DNA of 64,000 nucleotides from Thermoplasmatota archaeon (GTDB lineage Archaea; Thermoplasmatota; JAKEGO01): NCBI GenBank assembly GCA_028279595.1, contig JANQNK010000001.1, positions 64,001 to 128,000 of the forward strand, read 5' to 3'. Shown piece by piece: positions 19,665 to 27,880 of this stretch (position 1 is its first letter; each line of letters starts with the position of its first letter). The notes under the pieces were generated by a model. It saw only the letters and a program-made list of their open reading frames with translations, ran no database searches and was not told where the DNA came from. The position numbers and the translations under genes were made by a program.

Positions 19665-20360
19665 ATGAATGGTAGAATACTCGCTACTATAGCATTGACC
19701 AGCCTCCTTGTGTTGTCGTTGACTGTGATCGCGACGCCGCCCGAGGCGAAGAGGTGGGCGCTCATTGTGGCGCCTGAGCATGAAGGTGGAACGGTATACG
19801 AGGATGCCCTCGATATGTACGACTATCTGAAGGATGAGGGATGGACCGATGATGAGATTATCTTCCTGACCGATGGATCCGAGGAGAGTTTCGTTGATGG
19901 TGACGCATCGGCTGAAGAGATATACGCAGCTTTCAGTCATCTTGCATTAAACGTCAATTCCATCGACACTGTTGTGATTGTCTTAGGTGACAATGGGGCA
20001 TTCGGAACTGAAGATTTCTATCTCATCTCATCTGACGATATTCAGATCTCGAGTTGGGATATTGGTCTTCAGCTTGACGCAATAAATACCCAGGATATGG
20101 CTGTTGTTGTCTCGTTTGACTATTCCGGTGGCTTCATCGACAACCTCGCGGGCAACGACCGTCTGGTACTAACCAGCCACGGTATTGAGTCCACGTCAAG
20201 CAACGCCTACAATCTTGCGGATGGTCTGACAGAAGAGGATGCAGACGCGAACGAAGATGGTGTCGTCTCATTCGAAGAGGCACATAGCTGGGTAGCTGAA
20301 GAGATCAGTGGACAGTCTCCCCAGATAAGTGACAACATCTACGGAGAATTCACGATCTGA
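19665..20360 (+). CDS. Secreted caspase/legumain-fold (clan CD) protein, catalytic His and Cys substituted
   Basis: Signal peptide, KRWALIV, DALDMYDYL, D.VVIVLGDNG (cf. DHG/GHG), SFDYSGGF (cf. xCxSG), EF-hand-like DANEDGVVSFEEA. Confidence 0.8.
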   Translation: MNGRILATIALTSLLVLSLTVIATPPEAKRWALIVAPEHEGGTVYEDALDMYDYLKDEGWTDDEIIFLTDGSEESFVDGDASAEEIYAAFSHLALNVNSIDTVVIVLGDNGAFGTEDFYLISSDDIQISSWDIGLQLDAINTQDMAVVVSFDYSGGFIDNLAGNDRLVLTSHGIESTSSNAYNLADGLTEEDADANEDGVVSFEEAHSWVAEEISGQSPQISDNIYGEFTI

Positions 20361-20366
20361 GGTGAT

Positions 20367-20432
20367 ATGGTGAAGGGTAAGTATTCACATCTCGTGCATG
20401 CTGAGACTCTGAAGGAACTCGGCCTCAAGTGA
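20367..20432 (+). CDS. 20-21-aa micro-peptide P2 M(V)KGKYSHLVHAETLKELGLK
   Basis: GAGGTGA SD overlaps the upstream stop. Start is ATG 20367 or GTG 20370. 11/20 identical to P1. Confidence 0.85.
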   Translation: MVKGKYSHLVHAETLKELGLK

Positions 20433-23157
20433 GGCCGGCCTTCTCTATAATCTCCTGAGCCTCGCCTTCAAGTTTATCCGCTAAGGGATCCTTACCTATG
20501 GAACGGTATAGTTCGATAGCAATCTGGATAAGTTCCACACCCCGGGCAGGCTCATCAGCCGCAATATTCATTTGACCATACTGGTAGTTCGCCTCTGCGA
20601 GGAGAACAGGAATATTCATACCGGTAATCTCATGAATCGTTGTCACAAATTGGTCTTCCGCCTCCTCCCAACGTTTTTCATTTGATAATACAACTGCAGA
20701 TTCAATCCCAATGTAAGCTAATCCAACCCGATCCCCTAATTTTGTTAAGATTTCTTTTGATTGAGACAGGCAATCCCATGCAGCTTGAAAATCACCTCTT
20801 CTAGTCATCACATCTGAGCTATTGAACAACGCCCAAGCCTTCAATTTTGGATAACCACTATTTTCTGCTACGGTAATTGATTTTTTCCAATAGTCTAATG
20901 CCTCATCAAACAATTCAGCATTATAATGGACAGTTCCAAGATTATTGTAAACCCTTCCTAAGGCATAACTCATTCCCATATCAGAGAACGCTTGAATTGC
21001 TGTGTTATAAAGCTCTATTGCTCGTTCCATCTCTGTAATTCTAATATTATTTGCCATATCAACTAAGATCTCACTTTCAAGTAACGAATCATTTGCATTC
21101 TGTGCCAACTCAAGTGCCTTTTCAAAATATTCAGTAGCTTCTTCGGACTCACCATTCCGCCAATGGACCTGTCCAATACTTCGATAAGCATCGCCAAGTA
21201 TAACTGAATCATCGATCTTCTCGGATATTTCGACACTCGCTTTGAAGTGGTCCAAGGCATCCTTCCAATTGGCCCTTTCATAATCGATCTTTCCGAGGTT
21301 CTTCCAGGCAGACCCAAGGACCGGTTGATTATCAGTTCCAGCCCACTTGATCGCCTCTTGGTTCTTCTCTTCTGCGGTATCCCAATTGTTCAATCCCATC
21401 TCAATGTCGGCGATCAACAGGAGGAAATCTGCCCTGAGCTTCTTCGGGACGTCCGTCGTTTCAATGTCAAGTGTATTCTTGAGGTCTTCAAGATAACCGC
21501 GAAGGATGAGTTCCCTTCCTCTCTCGACAGCAAGGTCAGCAGCCCTTCCCGTCTCACCGCCGCTCTTGTAATGGTATATCGCCTCCAGGATCGGCTCCTC
21601 TCCTTCAGCTGACAGGAAATATCCGGCCGCATTCAGATGCTGTCCACGTATCTCTTCCTTCGGTATTGTAGATATCAGGAACTCCCGGATCAGGTCCGAG
21701 ACCTTGTAACCAGAATAGGTGATCTCCTGAACCAGGATATGATTGATCAATTCCTCCAGGATGTCGTATTCCGAGGTTGATTCGATGAATGCCTCTGGAA
21801 GGACCGGTCTTCTGAAGATCGCCAGCTTGGTGATGAACTCCCTCTCGGCCGGCTCCAGCTGTGAAAGGATCTCGCTCTGAATGAACCTTCGCAACTCACT
21901 GGGCTTGACCAGGTCGTGCGGATCTCGCATGAGCTCGATCGAGAGGGGATGACCTCCAGTCGCCTCGTAGATCCTACTGATGTCGGGGACCTGCAGGTCC
22001 TTTGCCTCGAGGAGCAACCTGGTGCTATCGAGGTCCAGCCCCATCAATCGCTGCTCCTGAACCCTGCCTGAGATTATGTCCTTTTGCGTATAGAATGCCG
22101 GGATGTTCCTCGTCAATACGACGATGTTCGGGCCCCCGTATCTCTCAAAAACCTCCAGGAACAGGCTGAGAAGACCTCCCATCCGGTCCTCCGCCTTCTG
22201 CAGGTCGTCGAAGATCAACAATCCTTCCATGTCCTGGAAGTCCTTGGAGACCAGCTCGAAGATGTCATAGAGGTCGATCGTGATGTGCTCCTCCTCCACC
22301 GAGGAGAGCCTCTTCTTCGACCTCATGTATCTCCGGAGGTTATCCTTTCCAAGCTTGTGCAGGAATTCCGTAAGTGGTGTGAGAACAGCACGATAGGTGT
22401 CCCACTCATGGAACTGGTAATAGTAGATGTTCATCTCTGGCGAATACTTCTCGATGAGCTTGTTGGCGAGCGAGCTCTTGCCGATACCCGCGATCCCCTG
22501 GACCACGACGACTCTACATTCACCCTTGAGGTGAGTATCGATCGACTCGAGATCCTCCTCGCGGCCGAAGAAGTGCCTGGGAGCGGGCAAACCCTCGACA
22601 TGAACGATGAAGGGCCGAGCCTCGTCCTCCTCCCTTCTCTTGGCGTCCTCGAGGAGCATGTCTACATTGATCTCATCCGCAGATGGGATATTGACGTCCC
22701 TGATCAGGTCCAGGGCAGTGATGTCCCCACCCACATGGGTCATGATCTCTTCGAGGGTCCCCGAGATCTTCTCCTTCTTGAAGGTCGCATCGTAGTCCAT
22801 GTCCATGACCTGATCGAGCCTGGACCTGCCGAGCTCCAATCCCTTGTGGTTCAGGAAATAGACGTTCCGGCGCTTCTCAACACCGATGATATTCGCCTTC
22901 TTGGTTATCATGACGTCGAAGGTCTCGAACTCCTTCAGGGCCCTGGAGACGTGAGTCCACTTGATGCCCACAGCCTTCGCTATCCCTTCCTGAGTGACAT
23001 CGATAGGCATGGATTCAATGATCGTGTCCAGGGACTCCCATTCATGCCCCATGTACCTCTCGGCGGAGTAGTCCATGAGATGGATCAGGATCTTGTCCTT
23101 CACCGTGATCATGTCCGCATGGGGCACGATCGGCCCCATCTCCTCCGCTTCCGCCAT
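20425..23157 (-). CDS. wHTH - STAND NTPase - TPR protein, paralog B
   Basis: TQEGIAKAVGI..THVSRALKEF HTH, FFGRE, Walker A GIAGIGKS, Walker B LIFDDL, TGGHPLS, TPRs. Start chosen at ATG 23157. Confidence 0.9.
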   Translation of the reverse strand: MAEAEEMGPIVPHADMITVKDKILIHLMDYSAERYMGHEWESLDTIIESMPIDVTQEGIAKAVGIKWTHVSRALKEFETFDVMITKKANIIGVEKRRNVYFLNHKGLELGRSRLDQVMDMDYDATFKKEKISGTLEEIMTHVGGDITALDLIRDVNIPSADEINVDMLLEDAKRREEDEARPFIVHVEGLPAPRHFFGREEDLESIDTHLKGECRVVVVQGIAGIGKSSLANKLIEKYSPEMNIYYYQFHEWDTYRAVLTPLTEFLHKLGKDNLRRYMRSKKRLSSVEEEHITIDLYDIFELVSKDFQDMEGLLIFDDLQKAEDRMGGLLSLFLEVFERYGGPNIVVLTRNIPAFYTQKDIISGRVQEQRLMGLDLDSTRLLLEAKDLQVPDISRIYEATGGHPLSIELMRDPHDLVKPSELRRFIQSEILSQLEPAEREFITKLAIFRRPVLPEAFIESTSEYDILEELINHILVQEITYSGYKVSDLIREFLISTIPKEEIRGQHLNAAGYFLSAEGEEPILEAIYHYKSGGETGRAADLAVERGRELILRGYLEDLKNTLDIETTDVPKKLRADFLLLIADIEMGLNNWDTAEEKNQEAIKWAGTDNQPVLGSAWKNLGKIDYERANWKDALDHFKASVEISEKIDDSVILGDAYRSIGQVHWRNGESEEATEYFEKALELAQNANDSLLESEILVDMANNIRITEMERAIELYNTAIQAFSDMGMSYALGRVYNNLGTVHYNAELFDEALDYWKKSITVAENSGYPKLKAWALFNSSDVMTRRGDFQAAWDCLSQSKEILTKLGDRVGLAYIGIESAVVLSNEKRWEEAEDQFVTTIHEITGMNIPVLLAEANYQYGQMNIAADEPARGVELIQIAIELYRSIGKDPLADKLEGEAQEIIEKAGLT

Positions 23158-23254
23158 ACCATATCCAGCATTCCCGCCAGTATTATTTAAACCCAATGCG
23201 GGGTCCAGGCATATCGATATATATCCGGTTGAAGATATTGTCATCCGGTGCGGG

Positions 23255-23644
23255 ATGGAGAAGCGCTACAAGGATCACAGGATATACTCGTGTTTTGCCC
23301 TAAATTTCCTTGTGAGCGCCATCGGTATCAACCTTTACCAGGAAGAACTTGAGGAGCGGATCGACGACGTTCTTGAAGATACGGATGTCAAGGTCACCAA
23401 GGATGACATTCGGCACGAGCTGCAGACGAATCACAAGATGACTAGCAGCGTGTTGGGCTACCTTGTCGAGGAAGGGCACATCACGATGGAGCTTGAGGGG
23501 AGATCGTACCGGATCAGGATCACCAGAAGCGGAATACTACACATTAGGGAGTTCAACAAGTTCTATAGCGCATTGTATTCGTCGCAGATCTTGGATCATT
23601 ATCGGTTCAGAGGATTGCCGAGCTGGTTTACTGATATTTCATAA
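23255..23644 (+). CDS. Hypothetical protein, probable winged-helix fold
   Basis: VLGYLVEEGHI...YRIRITRSG resembles a wHTH recognition helix and wing. Divergent from STAND B. Confidence 0.6.
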   Translation: MEKRYKDHRIYSCFALNFLVSAIGINLYQEELEERIDDVLEDTDVKVTKDDIRHELQTNHKMTSSVLGYLVEEGHITMELEGRSYRIRITRSGILHIREFNKFYSALYSSQILDHYRFRGLPSWFTDIS

Positions 23645-23818
23645 TGATTGTTGATATACTTATTACAATGGAGTAACGCTAGAAATTAATCAAATCAATA
23701 ATTATACTAATTCTTTGTTTTAATTCAGGCTATCGTATCCGATAACACATAATCATTAAATCCATTGTTGAATATTTATTTATATTCTAAACGGAGTCTA
23801 CGTATGGGTGTTTAAAAA

Positions 23819-25417
23819 ATGGGAAGAATTGGACGTGTAAGTGAGGAGAAAATACTAAGTCTTCAAATGATTCTTTCTGAAGTTACCCGGGCTGATATTA
23901 AACCAAAGAAAGATATTTTTTTCGTCGACCCGTACAATAACTTAAAGACTTTATCAACTCAAGCTAATCATGTCGTGTTTGGTCGCCGTGGATCTGGTAA
24001 AACGTTATTACTGTCTCAATTATTTCAAGAAAAACAAAAAAAATATCTCCCAGTTTCAATCGATTGTGAGCGGTGGAAGGAATTAACTTATCCTAATTTA
24101 TTGCTAAAAATTCTCATTGAAATATTCTCACAAATTCAAGATGAATATGAATCTAGTAAACCATCCATTATTTCCTTAAAAAAACGAAAGCGGAAACATC
24201 AACAATCGCAATTAAATAATCTCCAAGCTGAGCTTGAGAAACGGCTCCTTGAAGCTGACGAAATTAAAGTAGATCGGCATGATGTCAAAACCGAAAAAAA
24301 ACTGAGAGAATTTGATGTCGGCCTTCAATCAAAAATCACAGGAAAAGTATCAAGGAAGAAAGCAGTTTCAGAAAAAGTCTCACGGCAATATCCGCAACAC
24401 ATTCTTAAAATTGAATATCTAAATAACAATGTCGATAAATTTAGTGAAATTATATCACGTTCCGCTGAAGTTCTTCAGAAAGAATGCATTTTCCTTTTAT
24501 TCGATGATTTCTACTATATCTCAATTGATGACCAGTTTAGGATAAGCGACTTTTTACATAGAGTTTGTAAAAACACTAATATCTATTACAAATTAGCTAC
24601 AATTCGACACCGCACAACCCTATATCAAAGAAAAGCAGATAGCTACATTCAAGGAATTCAAGAAGGGGCTGATTTTATGCCTATCGATTTAGACTTTTCA
24701 CTGGAAGAAGATATGGATCTCATGTTGGATTTTCTCAACGATATACTAGATCATTATTGCCAATTAACAGGAATCCATTATCCCGACTTATTTGTCGATG
24801 GTGACAATGGTGTTGGTCGCCTTATTTGGGCATCGGGTGGAGTACCACGGGATTTGTTACATATCTTTTTACAGTCATTGAAAATCATGAAACGAGATCA
24901 CAAAAATCGAATTCACAGAATTGGAAAAGACCAAATTAACGAGGCCGCATACGTATACTGCCGGAGGAATAAACTCGCAGAATTTCATACTGAGTTTGGA
25001 GATAATGAACAATTACTATCCGCAAATAACGATCTCTTAGCCTACGTTGGATACTTAAAGCGTAAAACCGGATTCATTGTTAAAGAAACGAAGATACCAA
25101 CGGAATTCCACAACACGCTTAATATCCTTCAAGACTTGAGGTTAATTCATCTTTATGATAAAATGTTCTACTCAAAAACATATCACGACAATCCATATAC
25201 TGCGTATATTCTTGATATTGGACAATATAGCGAAATACTTCAAAGGCGAGGCCCAATAATTAAGGAATTTAATATATTACGGCATATGGATAAGTCAGGA
25301 GATAACGAATTGAGATCTGACGCGCCCCCAGTTACTGCGGATATTATCGTTGGGATGTATGATAAGTATCTCCATGAAATCGGAATCGAACAGAAAGTGA
25401 TCACAGAATTCTCCTAG
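23819..25417 (+). CDS. AT-rich P-loop ATPase (STAND/ORC-CDC6-like)
   Basis: VFGRRGSGKT Walker A, FLLFDDF Walker B, ASGGVPRD. Confidence 0.8.
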   Translation: MGRIGRVSEEKILSLQMILSEVTRADIKPKKDIFFVDPYNNLKTLSTQANHVVFGRRGSGKTLLLSQLFQEKQKKYLPVSIDCERWKELTYPNLLLKILIEIFSQIQDEYESSKPSIISLKKRKRKHQQSQLNNLQAELEKRLLEADEIKVDRHDVKTEKKLREFDVGLQSKITGKVSRKKAVSEKVSRQYPQHILKIEYLNNNVDKFSEIISRSAEVLQKECIFLLFDDFYYISIDDQFRISDFLHRVCKNTNIYYKLATIRHRTTLYQRKADSYIQGIQEGADFMPIDLDFSLEEDMDLMLDFLNDILDHYCQLTGIHYPDLFVDGDNGVGRLIWASGGVPRDLLHIFLQSLKIMKRDHKNRIHRIGKDQINEAAYVYCRRNKLAEFHTEFGDNEQLLSANNDLLAYVGYLKRKTGFIVKETKIPTEFHNTLNILQDLRLIHLYDKMFYSKTYHDNPYTAYILDIGQYSEILQRRGPIIKEFNILRHMDKSGDNELRSDAPPVTADIIVGMYDKYLHEIGIEQKVITEFS

Positions 25418-25437
25418 GAATTGAAGAACTGATTAAT

Positions 25438-25716
25438 TCATGATATACCCATGATAAATGTGATAAACATAATTAATCCGCCTATTGTGACAACAATCTT
25501 GATAATTATCCAAGTCTTGATTGCACCCGCTTTAACTTGTTTAAATGTAATGGTTCTGTCCCAACTAAGGCTTGAATGACCGACCCCACCTCCAAGTTCC
25601 GACCCAAATCCAAAGTAATCAATATCTGTTAAAGAATCGCCGCTTCGGTTCAGGTCCAATGCCAAATAGTGATCATTTAACGGCAGTTCAACCTTCTGAG
25701 GTGATGAAGCATTCAT
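25438..25716 (-). CDS. Hypothetical small protein with C-terminal TM
   Basis: Start overlaps the stop of the upstream gene. Hydrophobic C-terminus. Confidence 0.45.
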   Translation of the reverse strand: MNASSPQKVELPLNDHYLALDLNRSGDSLTDIDYFGFGSELGGGVGHSSLSWDRTITFKQVKAGAIKTWIIIKIVVTIGGLIMFITFIMGIS

Positions 25717-26228
25717 TATACATCACTAGTGGCTTGGTTCGTTACCTGCTCGATATGTACTGGATTTATAGCTTCAAAAAACCATTGAGCATATAATCGG
25801 CCAATAAATATCGCACGCAATCCCCTCATGAAATGATCCTTTGATAATCCATCAAAATATATCATATATCGAAACTGAATTTCTTCAATAATTAAATTCG
25901 GGTGGTTAATAATAAATTCTGCTTGAAGGGGTAATAATTTCATTCTTAAATCGTGAATTATTCCCCATCGGTCCTGAGGGATGAGTGATCGAAATTGATC
26001 AGTCATATATTCATCAATTCTGAATGAGGTCACTAGTAACAACATGTCCTTTCTGTCCTTTGGATTCATGATAATACTCCAAAGATTAGAATCAGGCGGA
26101 TGGTTAACTTTATACTGGAAAATGGCTTCATCCACATTCATTCTTTCTAACTTCAAGTTCGTCTCTTTACACCAACGGTGAATAACCCTTCTTACATTTT
26201 TCTCACTGATGACCAATTGATCACCCAA
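25716..26228 (-). CDS. DUF2299-like archaeal protein
   Basis: V..W..E, P.D..D and IYFDGLSKD.FM patterns. Length fits. Confidence 0.65.
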   Translation of the reverse strand: MGDQLVISEKNVRRVIHRWCKETNLKLERMNVDEAIFQYKVNHPPDSNLWSIIMNPKDRKDMLLLVTSFRIDEYMTDQFRSLIPQDRWGIIHDLRMKLLPLQAEFIINHPNLIIEEIQFRYMIYFDGLSKDHFMRGLRAIFIGRLYAQWFFEAINPVHIEQVTNQATSDV

Positions 26229-26303
26229 TGGGTTTTTTCAATTCTCTGTTTATAAAGGTAGTGTGGTTATTTGCACCCGACCTTTCTTTTCAAGTAGTAC
26301 GAT

Positions 26304-27434
26304 TTATGGTCTTTGCCCGACTGCAGTTAGTGAGAGAGACGTGGTGCTAACACTTACTGTGTGATCATTCAATGAGCATTCGCCGCTGATATCAGCACCA
26401 TATGCATAGGAAACCAGATCCCCCACCTCACCAAATGATATACTTGCTACTCTAGATACACAGAAGGTGCAACTAGCAATCACTCCTTGATAATCAAGTG
26501 TGTATGTTGCACAACCTTCGATTGTTATTGACGTACAGGTTATAGTAAAGCATACATCAAGATTTATCGTATGACAGAATGTGCCAATCCTAATGGTTTT
26601 CTCTTCCCAAACAATATTCCACGGGATTTTAACTCGTCGACCGAGTATCTTTACTCGCTTGTAAATTACCTTAGGTACAGATATTTTTATTTTGATATCA
26701 ACACAGAATTGGATTTCCATGGGAATACATTCAGAAATCGGATCCCCGCACAATGAATCTTCTAGATCGTTGACGTAATTCTCAACCCGATTCCCCAAGG
26801 AAGATCCATTTACTAGTACTTCCCCATAATGTTTCCTGGGGTTTGTTACTGCAATATTAACCACTTCTCCAGATTCAATCAAACTGGAAATCAGCCTATG
26901 GTTTGCTTTGGATTTAATTAATTCTGTCGACAGTCCATTGAGATTGGCTTCAGAAATTCTCAATCCCCCAGTCTTTAAGATATTCTGGAACTTAACTACG
27001 GTGGTTTTCCATTCTTTATTCAATTGGGAGATGCCTTGACGAGACCGTATCTTTTTCCTTCCATCCTGGAAAATGGTCTTAACTTCGTTATATCGGTAGA
27101 TAACAAATGCAGTATGAAGAATGTTCATGTATTCTTCAGGAGTAATCCCCATTTTTACAAATTGAGCAATTGTCTGCTTGCTATTGTAAATTGATCGAAT
27201 TTTCTCTAGATCTTTTACAGTAAACCTCACATTTTTTATTGAGATTTTTTTATTCCTACCAACCTTAAGATCCTTCTCGGATGATGCCCACATTTGTGCG
27301 TCGTTATATACTTTATTAAGTGAAGGAGAAGCGATAATCGGAGCACGAGTAGATATTCGCCCTCGATTTACAAAGGATGGAAGATTCCTGACATCTCTAC
27401 AATTCAATCTCGGCAATCGCGTTAATACTGGCAT
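26304..27434 (-). CDS. Hypothetical protein with basic N-terminus and Cys-rich beta-strand C-terminus
   Basis: GAGGTGA SD 4 nt before ATG. 376-aa open frame. Confidence 0.75.
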   Translation of the reverse strand: MPVLTRLPRLNCRDVRNLPSFVNRGRISTRAPIIASPSLNKVYNDAQMWASSEKDLKVGRNKKISIKNVRFTVKDLEKIRSIYNSKQTIAQFVKMGITPEEYMNILHTAFVIYRYNEVKTIFQDGRKKIRSRQGISQLNKEWKTTVVKFQNILKTGGLRISEANLNGLSTELIKSKANHRLISSLIESGEVVNIAVTNPRKHYGEVLVNGSSLGNRVENYVNDLEDSLCGDPISECIPMEIQFCVDIKIKISVPKVIYKRVKILGRRVKIPWNIVWEEKTIRIGTFCHTINLDVCFTITCTSITIEGCATYTLDYQGVIASCTFCVSRVASISFGEVGDLVSYAYGADISGECSLNDHTVSVSTTSLSLTAVGQRP

Positions 27435-27567
27435 TTGGTCACCTCATTTAATAATAAAGAGTTATTTACTTAAAGGTTATCCATTAGATTATAACTCGGT
27501 TCATTACTTCAATCCATTATTATTTAGGTGCAAAATGTGATAGAAATCAAGAGAATACTCGCTCTAC

Positions 27568-27783
27568 TTACCAATGAGCTTCCCGAATCTTCTTGACTTC
27601 CTTATAGATCATAATGACACCGAATCCAACAATGAACATGAACCATAGACATAGGACCGTCCCAACAATTCCATATGCCAGGTAACATGCAAAGATCAGA
27701 ATGACGTTCGCCAATATGAGAATGTGATTCTTCCATCGGACCAGCGATGGATGTGGTCCACCGAGCTTGTCGAGACCGAACAT
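27568..27783 (-). CDS. Small 2-TM membrane protein
   Basis: Two hydrophobic helices, 71 aa. Confidence 0.55.
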   Translation of the reverse strand: MFGLDKLGGPHPSLVRWKNHILILANVILIFACYLAYGIVGTVLCLWFMFIVGFGVIMIYKEVKKIREAHW

Positions 27784-27880
27784 CTAATTGAAAACAGGTG
27801 AACCGTAGTTAAGACTTCACAACCAATTCAATTCCCTTCAATACATACACTTAAGAACTAGTACCGTCACGAGGGCCTCC

